DNA of 64,000 bases from an uncultured Chloroflexia bacterium. Lineage in GTDB: Bacteria > Chloroflexota > UBA6077 > JACCZL01. The DNA lies in contig CAVXYC010000030.1 in NCBI GenBank assembly GCA_963765765.1, positions 96,001-160,000 on the forward strand. The letters run 5' to 3'. Below are positions 8,374 to 19,924 of the stretch, piece by piece (within the stretch, counting starts at the first letter, position 1; each line of letters starts with the position of its first letter). The notes under the pieces were generated by a model, which was given only the letters and a program-made list of their open reading frames with translations, was not told the DNA's origin and did not search any database. The translations under genes were made by a program, and so were the position numbers.

Positions 8374-9645
8374 CTACCGGCGGCGTTCACCCATCTGCAC
8401 TACTTGCCGATCGGCGCTGCCGTTCTCCAACATGGGCTCACTTTCGCCCTGGAGCTCACTCGTGGAAACTGGTACTGACTCCGAGCCCTCCTCGATTGCC
8501 GGCCGAAGGGTGTGATTGAGAATCACCTGGATTGCCGCAGCCACGGGTACCGCAAGGAAGGCCCCGGCGGCGCCGTACAAAATTGAGCCGATCAGGATTC
8601 CCAAAATCACGGTGAGGGGGCTGACGCCAACGGTACGGCTCATGATGCGCGGTACGAGAAAATTGCCCTCGATCTGCTGGATCACAACGGCAATTGGAAT
8701 CAGTATCAGCGCCTTCACGGGATCCTCCGTCACAGCCACAAGAATGGCCGGAACAAAGGCCAGGAATGGCCCGATCATGGGAATCAGCTCAAAGAGGCCC
8801 GCCAACGCGGCCAGCAGCAGCGGATTGGGAAGGTCAAGAGCCACAAATGCCACACCCGCCATGGCGGCAACAGCCAACATGACCAGAAGCTGACCGCGGA
8901 CCCAGGCGCCCAGGCGATCCTCCACGTCCAGCCAGGTAGCGTTCACCTTACGCGCCCGATCCGAGGGTACCAGCCTGAGCAGCCCGCGCTTGATGGCGGC
9001 ACGCTCCGTCAGCCAATAAAACGCCAAAAGGAAGACCGTCACAACGCTCAAAAGTGAATGGGCAGCCACGCCACCGACGGCCTTGAGCTGCTCAGGCTCA
9101 GCCACGGTGGTCGGCTCCTGAATGCTCCGAGTGATGGACGGTGTAACTTCGTCGAGTGCTCGAAGGAGCACCAGCCGGAGTGGACGTACCTCGATTTGAT
9201 CCGCGAGCAAGCGCAGCGACGCGATATTGCTCGGGATCGCATCGACTAATTGCGCACTCTGGGTAACCAGACTGGGAACGCCAAACAGGCCGATGATCAC
9301 CAGAATCGAGAAAATCGTGGTGTACACGATGATGATCCCCTGGCTTCGACTGAACGGTCCACGCCGCAATCCGTTCACTATTGGCTCGATGGCTGTTGCC
9401 AGGAGGATTGCCAGAACAAGAAGCAGTAGCACTTCTTGAATGGTCCAGAGCAGATAGAGGAATGCGAGGGTCAATGCGACGACGAGCGTATAGCGCGCCA
9501 GGGCCCAGCTCGAGAGCGTGAACGACGTGCGCTGCTGTCCGTCTTGCGTGGCGGTCGCGGCCGTGCCCAGGGCCCCCGCAAAGGCCCCTTGATGCTCGTC
9601 CGGCATGGGTGGCGGCGCCGGGGCAGTATTGCTGTCTGTATTCAC
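8374..9645 (-). CDS. AI-2E family transporter
   Basis: LGAWVRGQL, FELIPMIGP, QQIEGNFLVPRIM, GAFLAVPVAA motifs; multiple TM helices. Confidence 0.92.
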   Translation of the reverse strand: MNTDSNTAPAPPPMPDEHQGAFAGALGTAATATQDGQQRTSFTLSSWALARYTLVVALTLAFLYLLWTIQEVLLLLVLAILLATAIEPIVNGLRRGPFSRSQGIIIVYTTIFSILVIIGLFGVPSLVTQSAQLVDAIPSNIASLRLLADQIEVRPLRLVLLRALDEVTPSITRSIQEPTTVAEPEQLKAVGGVAAHSLLSVVTVFLLAFYWLTERAAIKRGLLRLVPSDRARKVNATWLDVEDRLGAWVRGQLLVMLAVAAMAGVAFVALDLPNPLLLAALAGLFELIPMIGPFLAFVPAILVAVTEDPVKALILIPIAVVIQQIEGNFLVPRIMSRTVGVSPLTVILGILIGSILYGAAGAFLAVPVAAAIQVILNHTLRPAIEEGSESVPVSTSELQGESEPMLENGSADRQVVQMGERRR

Positions 9646-9822
9646 CCTTGCATTACTCGTGCGTGAGGATAAAGCAGACTTCGTGCCGCGATTCCGCCAA
9701 GCTCACGCTCACACGGTGGAGTCGAGTCCTTGAGGTCCAGGGAAATAATCTGTTGGCTGACCGTCAGTTGGAGCTACGCTCCCGGGGCGGGACTACAACC
9801 TGGCCAGGGGCTTCACCGTGAT

Positions 9823-11785
9823 TCAGGCGACGTGACAGACAGGCCGACGGGCAGGATCCGGCTCGTTGGCTCTGAAGCACCTCGTGGGTCACAGGCGGAA
9901 CGTCGCCTTCACCAAAAAGTAGGAAGCGAAAGACCTGGATCAACGGCGGAGTCTCGGCCCAGGAGAAGTAAACGTTGGGAATCTTTCCCGTCATATCGCG
10001 AATGTGGAGCAGAATCGCGGCAATGGCGTTCGGTACGGTGCTACTCCGAGCCCGCAACACGGGATAGCCGGCGACCTCTACGCCCTCGATGGTGATCTCG
10101 CCTGAGAACTCGGATGGATCCACCACGGTCACTTCCAGAAACAGCACCGGGTCGTGCTCTGGGATGCGATTGCAGGAGCGCTGCTCCTGCACCTTCTGCT
10201 CGTAGTGCTGTGGCGTGCGGATATCCGTGTCATGCGCAATGATTCGCAACTCGCCGCGGGCCACATCTCTTGTAATGAAGCGTTCTGCCGTTTCATCCAT
10301 GACCACGCTTGAGACTCGTAGCTCCGTGGACCGTGAGATCCGCGAAATGATGGACACTACCACGATCGCTAGGATGAAGAGCGCCGCGATCTTCACGCCC
10401 TCGGGTCGTTCCATGATGGTCACGACGGTGGTGAACACAAAGATGATGGCGATAACCGTGAACCAGACGGTTGCCCTGCGCTCACCGTGGCGGTGTGCTG
10501 AGAGCGCCACCGCCACGGTGGCCGAAGTCATGAGGGCGAGGACGCCGGTGGCATAGGCGCCGGCCTGCGCTTCTACGTCTGCCCTGAAGATCAGCGTGAT
10601 GACGGCGCAGACCGCTGTGAAGATCAGCACGAGCGGGCGTGTGGCCCGCGCCCAGTCGGGTGCCATGCCGTAGCGCGGCAGGTACCGTGGCACGATATTC
10701 AAGAGACCCGCCATGGCGGAGGCCCCAGCGAACCACAGGATGAGGATTGTGCTGAGGTCGTACAGCGTGCCGAAGCCGTCGCCGAAGAGCTGATGCGCGA
10801 GATAGGCGAGAGCACGCCCGTTGGCTTCGCCACCCTCCTGAAATTCATGTGCGGGTATCAGCACCGTGGTCACCAAACTGCTGGTGATTAACATGATGCT
10901 CATGATGCCCGCGGCGGCGGCCAGCAGCTTGCGTGTATTTCGTATTCGGCCTTCCGGATGCTCCGGATCATCCTGCGGATCGCCGCGGACCGACGGCATC
11001 ACGACGACACCCGTTTCGAAGCCGGAGAGACCCAGCGCGAGTCGCGGGAACGCCAGCAGTGCTGCCCCAATCATGGCCATCGGACTCCCGTATTCGCGAA
11101 ACAGCGCGGCCTGCCAGGACAACAGGCTGATGGGATGATCAATGATTTGAAACAGGCCGGCGCCAATGACAATCACGTTCAGCACGAGGTACGTCACCAC
11201 CAGCCCCACGGCTAGGCCGATGGCCTCGGTGAGACCCTTCAGAAATACACCGCCAAGGAAGCTGATGAGGATCAGCGTGAGCAGCACTTGATGGCCGCGC
11301 GTGAAGCGCATGTACGGGTTTTCCATAATGTGCGCCGTGGCATCGGCCGCTGAAAGCGTGATGGTGATGATGAATCCCGTGGCAACGAACCCGATGAGGC
11401 ACAACACGAACAGCTTGCCATGCCACCAGGAGAGTAGCCGCTCCAGCATGGAGATCGACCCGTCACCGTGCGGGCTTTCCGCCGCCACGCGCTGGTACAT
11501 GGGCAGCGCGCCAAGAAGGGTGATAGCCACGAGGATCAGCGTGGCGATAGGGGACACGGCGCCGGCGGCAAGCGCCGCGATACCGGGCTGGTAGCCCAGG
11601 GTGGAAAAGTAGTCCACTCCCGTGAGACACATGACCCGCCACCAAGGATGCCCTCGGTGCGGATCCCGTTTCTCGTACGGGCCCGCCCGCATCTCGACCC
11701 CCGGGGTTTTCAAAAGCCACTGCTTGAGCGGGCCCGAGGAGTGGGACGTTGAGGTGGAGGCTGACGCCATCACGACCCTTTGCAT
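9823..11785 (-). CDS. APC-superfamily amino acid transporter with C-terminal soluble domain (indel near the C-terminus)
   Basis: [41 protein letters not shown]; the likely true end [13 protein letters not shown] lies in another frame at 9823. Confidence 0.88.
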
Positions 11786-11907
11786 GTTGTAACTATGATT
11801 GTTGAGGCACGCGCCGTGCCCGGTTGATACTCGCTCATCAAGATGTTACTCGTCTACTAAGGCGCCCGATCGCGCGAACCCTGCTGGCGCCGATTCTGTC
11901 TTCCGCG

Positions 11908-12723
11908 CTACTTGAACAAACCCTCGGCGTTCCCGAATGCAATCCGCTCGGCCAGGTCGCGCGGCAGCTGATCGAGCCAGCCACGCACGGCCGCCATGAG
12001 CTGGGGTAAACGCGTCCATTGCGGCGTGATCCACGTGTCCGTCCCGATCATGAATCGATCCGGGTGCTGCTGAAATGCGGCCGACCAGCGTGGATCCAGG
12101 CGACCGCCCGGTGCCACGTCGGATCGGAGCGCAAGCTCCACCCACACATTCGGATAGCTGGTCAGAACCTGGCTCACGGTGGATGCATCGGCGCTCATAC
12201 CCGCATGGGCCCAGAGGATTGATGCATCGGGATAGGTGAGCGCGAGCTGCCGCACGCCTATGGAATCGGTGTGAGCGTGGAGAAAGAGCCCGCGCTCGGC
12301 GCTGACCTGACCGAACGCTTGAACGACTGGGGCGCTCGTGTCGCCGGCACTCAGATGAAATTCTCCGAGACCTACATACGCGTGCTGATTCAGACGCTGC
12401 ATGGAGTACTCGAGGACATCCGCGTCGTACATCCAGGTCGTCATGTCTGCGCGCGTGCGATACGGTCGCAGCACCGGAAGGATCCGCTCAGGATCGCGCT
12501 CCCACAGCATGAGCGTGCCATCATCCGGCGTGCTCGACACTAGTGCTCGATACACGCCGGCCTGGTCAAGCAGCGCCATGATCTCCTCCGGGGCATAGAC
12601 GGTCCATGCATCGGAGCTGTAGTGAAGATGCGTGTCGAAGATAGGCAGGTCTTGACTATGAGCAGACGAGGAGGATAGTGCCCAACCGACCGCGAATGCG
12701 ATGGCGAATAGCAATCGATGCAT
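11908..12723 (-). CDS. Secreted amidohydrolase-family protein
   Basis: Signal peptide; FDTHLHY, GLGEFH, LWAHAG, RFMIGTD metal-binding motifs. Confidence 0.85.
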   Translation of the reverse strand: MHRLLFAIAFAVGWALSSSSAHSQDLPIFDTHLHYSSDAWTVYAPEEIMALLDQAGVYRALVSSTPDDGTLMLWERDPERILPVLRPYRTRADMTTWMYDADVLEYSMQRLNQHAYVGLGEFHLSAGDTSAPVVQAFGQVSAERGLFLHAHTDSIGVRQLALTYPDASILWAHAGMSADASTVSQVLTSYPNVWVELALRSDVAPGGRLDPRWSAAFQQHPDRFMIGTDTWITPQWTRLPQLMAAVRGWLDQLPRDLAERIAFGNAEGLFK

Positions 12724-12829
12724 GTCAGTCTCTCCTCTAGCGCAAAAGAGCGGCCTCCATCACGTATTCCAATTCAGGAAAACATCAGGAAGACCGCTCT
12801 GTATCGAACCTCGGATCGGGTGTTGCCGG

Positions 12830-13855
12830 TTAGTGGCTAAGTCGGCCCTTCTCCTCCACGATGTCGTAGGCCAGCGCGGAGTAGCGCATGAGTTTATCGA
12901 AGTGGTGGACCGACTGAATACGTCGAACCGTCCCAGAGCGTGATCGCATAGCGAGCGTCTCGGTGGTGGCGCCGTTTGGAATGTACTGTACGCCTTGTAC
13001 AAGCTCACCATGGGTGACACCGGTGAGCGAAAAGAAAACATCGTCGCCCTTGACCAGGTCATCAATGCTCAGGACCCTGGTTAGCGGCAGGTCGAGCTTC
13101 TCCGCCGCCTCCCGCTCGCCGTCATTGCGTGGCCAGAGTCGGCATTGGATGTCTCCACCCAAACACTTGAGCGCGCACGCTGAGGTTACGGCCTCTGGCG
13201 AGCCGCCGATGCCCAGGAGGAGATCGACGCCAGTGTCGGGCATGGCGGCCATGAGGCTGCCGGCGATGTCGCCGTCACTGATCATTTTGATTCGGGCGCC
13301 CGTGTCGCGGATCTCCTGGATGAGCCCCGCGTGCCGATCGCGATCCAGCACTACCACCGTGATGTCGTCCGGATCCACGTGCTTGGCGGAGGCGAGAGCT
13401 CGGATGTTTTCGGCAACGCTGAGCTCCAGCGAGACGTGTCCCTTGCCTTCTGGACCTACGGCGAGCTTCTCCATGTAGACGATCCCTGGCGGGTAGTACA
13501 TGGTGCCGCGCTCGGCCAACGCGACCACCGCTACGGCGTTGTTTAAGCCTTTGGATAGCAGGGTGGTTCCGTCAACAGGATCCACGGCGATATCTACTCG
13601 GGGCGGATTGCCGTTGCCGATCTCTTCGCCGATGTAGAGCATCGGCGCCTCGTCCTTATCTCCTTCCCCGATGACAACAATGCCGTCCATATCGACGTTG
13701 TTGAGGGTCACGCGCATGGCGTTGACGGCGGCCTGGTCAGCGGCGTTTTTATCGCCCTTACCCATCCAACGCGCGGCGGAAAGAGCGGCTGCCTCGGTGA
13801 CCCGAGCCAGCTCAAACGAGATGTTGCGATCGAGATTATGTGGGTTGTCGGACAT
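12830..13855 (-). CDS. glpX: Class II fructose-1,6-bisphosphatase
   Basis: ELARVTEAAAL, ADQAAV, VIGEGDKDEAPML, DPVDGT, ISDGDI, GIGGSPE. Confidence 0.97.
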   Translation of the reverse strand: MSDNPHNLDRNISFELARVTEAAALSAARWMGKGDKNAADQAAVNAMRVTLNNVDMDGIVVIGEGDKDEAPMLYIGEEIGNGNPPRVDIAVDPVDGTTLLSKGLNNAVAVVALAERGTMYYPPGIVYMEKLAVGPEGKGHVSLELSVAENIRALASAKHVDPDDITVVVLDRDRHAGLIQEIRDTGARIKMISDGDIAGSLMAAMPDTGVDLLLGIGGSPEAVTSACALKCLGGDIQCRLWPRNDGEREAAEKLDLPLTRVLSIDDLVKGDDVFFSLTGVTHGELVQGVQYIPNGATTETLAMRSRSGTVRRIQSVHHFDKLMRYSALAYDIVEEKGRLSH

Positions 13856-14028
13856 ACGGTGATTCCTCCTCGAATCCTGCTCGCCATTGAGCGTGCCCGG
13901 TGCTGGGCGGACGATGTTCTAAAGCATAGCAGCGTCCAATTCCGGCGTAAATCGGCGGAGCGGACAGCTCAGCTCGTCACAATGTATCGCATCGTTAAAC
14001 GACTGTCACATGCGCGCATAATGAAGGC

Positions 14029-14889
14029 ATGACTGACAAGCCGCTTACGATCATGGCCGTTCACGCTCATCCAGACGATGAATCGAGCAGCACGGGGGGC
14101 ATCCTTGCCCGCTACGGGGCCGAAGGAAAACGCACGGTGCTGGTCACGTGCACGGGCGGCGAGCTGGGTGAGATCGGCGATCCATCACTAGCCACGCCGG
14201 AGAATTTGGGCGAAGTGCGCCGACGCGAGCTCGAGGCTGCCTGTTCGATCCTGGGCGTAAGTCAGCTTTACCTTCTGGGCTATCGCGATTCCGGCATGCT
14301 GGGCCTGCCTGAGAACGAGCATCCGGATTCGTTCCACAAGGCCGATCTCGACGAGGCCGTCGGCCGTCTCGTTGCGCTCATCCGCGCCGAGCGGCCAGAG
14401 ATTTTGGTTACGTATGACGACAACGGCTTCTATGGGCACCCGGACCATGTGCGAGCCAATCAGATCACCGTGGCAGCCTGGGAGGCAGCCGGCGATCCAC
14501 GTCGTTACACGGAGCCTGGTTTAGATCCATGGACGCCGCTCAAGCTGTACTACACAACCGTTGCTCGCTCCGGCTTCAAGACCTTCGGCGAAAAAATGCG
14601 CGCGGCAGGACTGGAGCCGCCATTCGAGGGTGAGGAGCCCGTGTTCGGCGTGGAGGACGACGTGGTCACGGCGACGATCGACATCTCGCGCTGGGTAGAG
14701 ATCAAACACGCCGCGCTCATGGCTCACAAGACCCAGATGGGCGCAGACGTATTCTTTTCCCAGCTTCCACCGTCGCTCTTCGCAGAGCTGTTCGATAGAG
14801 AGTCCTTTATTCGCTTCGCATCACGGATAGACGCGGCGGAGAAGGAAGCGGATCTGTTTGAGGGTCTCACCCCACAACATATGAACTAG
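14029..14889 (+). CDS. PIG-L/LmbE family deacetylase (MshB/Mca-like)
   Basis: VHAHPDDE, TGGELGE, LGYRDSGM, YGHPDH, AHKTQ. Confidence 0.92.
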   Translation: MTDKPLTIMAVHAHPDDESSSTGGILARYGAEGKRTVLVTCTGGELGEIGDPSLATPENLGEVRRRELEAACSILGVSQLYLLGYRDSGMLGLPENEHPDSFHKADLDEAVGRLVALIRAERPEILVTYDDNGFYGHPDHVRANQITVAAWEAAGDPRRYTEPGLDPWTPLKLYYTTVARSGFKTFGEKMRAAGLEPPFEGEEPVFGVEDDVVTATIDISRWVEIKHAALMAHKTQMGADVFFSQLPPSLFAELFDRESFIRFASRIDAAEKEADLFEGLTPQHMN

Positions 14890-14980
14890 ACATCAAGGCC
14901 GGCGGGTCGGAGTTCGCCTGACCTCGTGCTACAGTACTGGCCATTCCGCGCCGCAAGCACGTCTCGCCGGGGAGGGTGTC

Positions 14981-15932
14981 ATGGAGTCGGTTGGTTTCAT
15001 TGGTCTGGGAAACATGGGCGGCCATATGGCCCGACACGTTCAAGAAGCTGATTGTCCGATCATCGTTTCTGATCTGCGGATAGAGCTCACGCAGCCATTC
15101 GTTGAGCGTGGCGGACGCGCCTCTGCCAGCCCCGCCGAGGTGGCTCGTGAGAGCGAAGTGATCTTTACATCCCTGCCCGGCCCAAAGGAAGTGGAAGCGG
15201 TAGCGCTGGGCCCAGGTGGAATCCTGGAAGGCATCCGGCCGGGCTGTGTCTACATTGACATGTCCACCAGCCGTCCCACGCTTATCCGAGAGATCGAGCC
15301 CAAGTTCCGCGCGAAGGGTGCGCACGTGCTGGACGCGCCCATCAGCGGCGGAAAATCGGGCGCGGCCACGCGAAATCTGGCGGTCATGGTGGGTGGGGAT
15401 CGGCGATGTTTTCGACCGCGTCAAACCGATCCTGGACGCCATCGGTGACAAGGTCTTCTACGCCGGTGCTATCGGCGCCGGCAGCGTGGCCAAGCTGGTC
15501 CACAACATGATCGGCCACGGTGTTCGCCAGGCAATCGCCGAGGGTCTGACGCTGGGTGTGAAGGCTGGCGTCGATGCGGACGCGCTCTGGGAATGCATCC
15601 GACGCGGAAGCCTGGGACGCATGAACTCGCTGCACGAGGGCATTCCGCGCACGACGTTTCGCGATACGTATGAACCGGCCAGCTTTGCCCTGGCATTGGC
15701 GCACAAGGACATCATGCTGGCCACCGAGCTCGGTCGAGAGTTCAATGTGCCGATGCCGGTGGCCAACCTGGCGCTCCAGATCGCCGTCCAGGCAATGAAT
15801 CGCGGTTGGGCGGAGATGGATAACAGCATCACGGTCAAATTGCAGGAAGAGGCCGCCGGCGTGGAAGTTCGTGCGCCGCAGGTTGACCCAGCATACGGCG
15901 CCAGGTTTATCAGCACGCATCCAGACGCTTAG
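14981..15932 (+). CDS. NAD(P)-dependent beta-hydroxyacid dehydrogenase (3-hydroxyisobutyrate DH family), indel near 15400
   Basis: GFIGLGNMG, DMSTS, LDAPISGG, then GAGSVAKLVHN and LAHKD in a second frame. Confidence 0.9.
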
Positions 15933-16022
15933 CGTCAGCTCGCTCGGTTGAAGGGACGTGAGCGACCTCGGGAACTTCGAGGACGGTCCCTGATGTCCTT
16001 TGATCAATAGAGAGGAACCCCA

Positions 16023-17688
16023 ATGCCACGGATGACCGGCTCACGCTATTTCGCGGAGATGATGCAGGGCTACGGCGTGACCCACATTTTCTTTGTGCCG
16101 ACCATGCTCTTGCCGGCGCTTGCCGAGATGGAGGACATGGGCATCCGGCGCGTGATGACGCATGGTGAGAAGGCCGCCGCGTATATGGCAGACGGTTATG
16201 CACGGGCGTCCCATCGGCCCGGGTATCTGTATGGCTCAGGCGATCGGCGCGGCCAATCTGGCGGCCGGTCTGCGCGATGCGTACATGGCTGGCTCGCCGG
16301 TAATCGCGCTCACCGGCGGTCAGGACGCGAGCTCGCGCTATCGACATCTCTACCAGGAGATCGAAGACTTCCCGATGTTCGAGCCGGTCACCCATGCAAA
16401 CATGTATCTGGATGCTCTTCCGCGTCTCCCGGATACCTTGCGGCAGGCATTCCGGGCTGCAACCACCTCGCCTGGGCCTGTTCACATTCAGATGCGTGGC
16501 ACGCACGGTCAGGTGCTGGAAAGCGAAGCCGATCTGGAGCTCGTCGTTGAAGACGCGTATCGCGTGTATCCGCCGTATCGGCCATCCGCTGATCCCGAGA
16601 TGGTGCGGCGGGCGCTACGGGTTCTGGCCGAAGCCGAGCGCCCGATTATCGTCGCTGGCGGTGGGGTGAGCGCGTCGGGCGCAGAAGCCGAGCTCGTAGA
16701 GCTGGCTGAGAAGCTCAACATCCCCGTGGCCACATCGCTCCAGGCGAAAGCCAGCATAGCGGGTGATCACCCACTTTCGGTCGGCGTCCCCGGCACTTAC
16801 TCACGCTGGTGCGCGAATCGGAGTATCGCCGAAGCCGATCTCGTGTTCTTTGTAGGAAGCCATACCGGGAGCCAGGTCACTAACAACTGGAAGATTCCCC
16901 GCCCGGGTACCACCGTCATCCAACTCGACATTGACGCGGCGGAGCTCGGACGCAACTATCCCAATCAAGTCTCACTCCACGGCGATGCCAGGGCCGTGCT
17001 GCGCCAGCTCATTGATGCGGCCGAGCCGCGTGCGGCTCGCGCCGAATGGCTTGACCTCATTCAGGGATACGTTCTCGAGTACCGGTCGGAGATGGAGCTG
17101 CAACGCACTTCAAACGCCGTGCCCATGCGACCCGAGCGGATCATGAAGGAGATCGGCGACTCGCTTCCAGACGAGGCAGTGGTGGTTGTGGACACCGGAC
17201 ATTCGGGGATGTGGGGAGCTCAGGCGCTGGAGCTCGACAAGCCGGGCCAGCGCTTCCTGCGCGCGGCGGGATCGCTCGGCTGGGCATTCCCGGCATCGCT
17301 CGGCGCAAAATGCGCTCTTCCAGATACACCAGTGATCTGCTTCACTGGCGACGGCGGCTTCTACTACCACTTAGCCGAGCTGGAGACTGCGGCGCGATTC
17401 GGCATCAACGCGGTGATTGTGGTGAACAACAATGCCTCCCTCAACCAGGAGACGCACTTATTCAATGAGGCATATGGCGGTCAGCAGCGCGGCCGCGCCG
17501 GCGAGATGTGGAAGTTCCATCCCACGAACTTGGTCCAGGTGGCCGAAGGTCTCGGCTGCCGCGGTGTTCGTGTGGAGCAGCCCGGCGACCTGGCCGACGC
17601 CCTACGTGATGCCCTGGCAGCGGACGGCCCGGTAGTGATCGACGCGATCAGCGATATCGAGGCGATGGCCGCGAGGGCCTGGGGATAA
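16023..17688 (+). CDS. Thiamine diphosphate-dependent enzyme (acetolactate synthase-like), indel near 16225
   Basis: HGEKAAAYMADGYARAS, GAANL, GSLGWAFPASLG, GDGGF..NN ThDP motif. Confidence 0.92.
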
Positions 17689-17704
17689 GTGCCAACGGTT
17701 TACT

Positions 17705-17792
17705 CTGTCATCTTGAGTGCAGCGAAAGATCTTCCCGCAACGAGCTCATTGACGCCGGCGGGAAAGATCTTTCGCTGCACTCAAGATGACAG
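17705..17792. repeat. REP-like inverted repeat pair (TGTCATC..GATGACA family), copy 1
   Basis: CTGTCATCTTGAGTGCAGCGAAAGATCTT ... AAGATCTTTCGCTGCACTCAAGATGACAG between convergent genes. Confidence 0.88.
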
Positions 17793-17825
17793 GGAGATCC
17801 GTATCGTCTCTCTAGGTGTATAGGG

Positions 17826-18813
17826 CTAACTCGACATCCACGCCACAGACGACACCTCGCTGAACTCGCGCCAGAGCTTGGTCCACGTGTCGCCGCCGTC
17901 ATTGCTTCGATAGAGGTAGCCATAACGCGTCGCGGCGAGCATGTGGTCCGGGTTCTCCGGGTGCATGGTGACGGTCCACATCGCCGAGTTAGGCTGCTCG
18001 GGAAACGTGAGTGCTTCCCAGGTGTCACCCGCGTCGCGGGAGCGCATGATGGTGCCAATGCGTCCGGGCGTGGTGTCCCCGATACACACATAGACCGTCT
18101 TCGGATCGTCCGGCCGCGCCACGATGGTGCGCGGGTACTGGTATGGAAAGACGGTGCGCATTCCTACGGGGCGCCAGCTTTCGCCATCGTCACGGCTCAG
18201 CCAGACCTCATTGTTGACCACCCCGAATACCGTTTTCGGTGGACCCAGCCGTTACCAGCACGCTGTGGAAGTCGGGATTTGGTATCTGCTCTGACGCGGC
18301 CGACCAGCTTTCGCCGCCGTCAGTGCTGCTGCGCATGCCGTCCACTTCAAGGCCGGCCCAGATACGCCGAGTGTCGGTGGGATCGATTGCGATGCCTGTG
18401 AACCTCGGGACCCCGACGGCCGGGCAATCTTCGGCTACCTCCATCGGTCGCTGTTCCCAGCGTTGGCCACCGTCCGTGGATCGATAGATCCCGGCTGGAT
18501 TGGGGGTCCCTGTCCCTGCGTAGAGTCGTGTCGGATCGGCTGGATCAACGCTCAACACCCAGACGGCTTTGCCATTCATGGCCGTATCCAATAGCGTCCA
18601 GGTGATGCCGGCATCCTCTGACCGATAGAGTCCGCGATCAGATCCGGCGAAGACCGCGCCGGATTGAGCGCGATCTGGCGCCAAACAACGAATGATCGCG
18701 TCCGAGTGCATGCCCTGACCGATGCCAACGCGCGCCCATGTGTCGCCATCGTCTCGACTTGCCAGGATGCCTTGACCCACGGTTCCTACCAGAATGGCCT
18801 CTGTATCTGCCAC
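17826..18813 (-). CDS. BNR/Asp-box beta-propeller protein (YCF48/glycoside-hydrolase-like), indel near 18240
   Basis: Repeated Asp-boxes SRDDGDTW, SEDAGITW, STDGGQRW, STDGGESW, SRDDGESW, SRDAGDTW, SNDGGDTW; GGAGG RBS before GTG at 18813. Confidence 0.88.
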
Positions 18814-18863
18814 GGTCTCACCTCCCGCACAGCCAGGCGGCCGGATCGCCGCCAGCACCGGAC

Positions 18864-18891
18864 ATGGTAGTGCGGCAGGGCAGGATGTCAA
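18864..18891 (-). promoter_or_regulatory. Putative sigma70 promoter for the BNR gene
   Basis: TTGACA-16 bp-TACCAT on the minus strand, about 50 bp upstream of the start. Confidence 0.55.
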
Positions 18892-18898
18892 GGACTAG

Positions 18899-18999
18899 TT
18901 TTGGCTGCAGTGGCTTTTCCCGCTTTTCGGCCGGTTGGAAGCCGATCTCACGGACCGCTCCAATCTGGATTTAAAGGGCGAAGACCGCCGCAGTACAAA
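18899..18999. repeat. Dispersed palindromic repeat, homologous to the element between nuoL and nuoN
   Basis: TGGCTGCAGTGGCTTTTCCCGCTTTT..GGTTGGAAGCCG..GCTCCA..GGCGAAGACCGCCGCAGTACAAA aligns by eye along its length with 60197-60299. Confidence 0.7.
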
Positions 19000-19033
19000 T
19001 TCATCGGCTGGAACTCGTTCTACGAGGGTCGCC

Positions 19034-19708
19034 TCACCAGCGCCTGAATGCTTCCCGCTTCTGTAGCGTGTCGGCCAGGTTGTCCTTCTTGCTGTTGCGC
19101 AGGAACATCGCGTGCTGGGTCACGTGGCACTCGGCCGCGGCGAGCTTCTTATCGAACCAGGATGTGATGTCCAGTGAAAAGCTGGCCGGGTCGCCCTGAT
19201 TTGTCACTCGATCGCGCTCGTTGCGACTGTCCTTGGCGCACCAGGTGAGTAGCTCGTCGGGTTGCCAGGGCGCCAGGTCGCGGATGGCCTGAAAGACGCA
19301 CTGATGCGTGTAAACGTGTTGCGGATGGCCGTACTCACCGTTGGTTCCATGGGTCACGATGATATTCGGCCGCAAGCGATCAAGCTGCTCGCGGAGCGCG
19401 GCCGTGAACTGAGTGGGCGTGGCGTCGATTTTCTGTGCCACCCCATCGATCTCCATATGCGGATCGACGAAGTCGAGGAAATAGACGTCCACTGCGCCAA
19501 GGGCTGCCGCCGCTCGGCGCTGCTCCTGCTCACGCACCTCCCCCAGACGATCCTTGGTGCAAAGCGGGGGCTCACCCACCTCGCCACCCTCGCCGCGCGT
19601 GGTCACGAGCAGATGAAGCTCATTCCCTTCGCTCGCGAGCTTGGCCAGATATCCGCCGCCAAAAAGCTCATCATCAGGATGTGCCGAGATCGCCAGCACG
19701 CGCGCCAT
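19034..19708 (-). CDS. PIG-L family deacetylase
   Basis: SAHPDDE, TRGEGGE, GEYGHPQH, CHVTQ; GGAGGAG RBS. Confidence 0.9.
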   Translation of the reverse strand: MARVLAISAHPDDELFGGGYLAKLASEGNELHLLVTTRGEGGEVGEPPLCTKDRLGEVREQEQRRAAAALGAVDVYFLDFVDPHMEIDGVAQKIDATPTQFTAALREQLDRLRPNIIVTHGTNGEYGHPQHVYTHQCVFQAIRDLAPWQPDELLTWCAKDSRNERDRVTNQGDPASFSLDITSWFDKKLAAAECHVTQHAMFLRNSKKDNLADTLQKREAFRRW

Positions 19709-19924
19709 GTAAGTCTCCTCCAAGGTTATCCGCTGAGTACGCGGCGCCTCCAAAATGCTACCGAATCCCCGTCCTTACTGGTCGCTATTCCCACCGCACG
19801 TAGTGCACTCAACGCTCACTCGTGAGGGCGACTCACGGAAAGCGGTGTACGAGGAGGCTTATCGTTGTCCCCGACCCCGCCGGGGCGTACGATGCCCAGG
19901 AATCCCCTGCGTTGGGAGGCGAAG

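Noticed and set aside
18860-19030. Cobalamin riboswitch suggested by GGGAA and GCCACTG on the minus strand
   Set aside because: Motif order and spacing are wrong, and the sequence is explained by the dispersed repeat shared with 60197-60299
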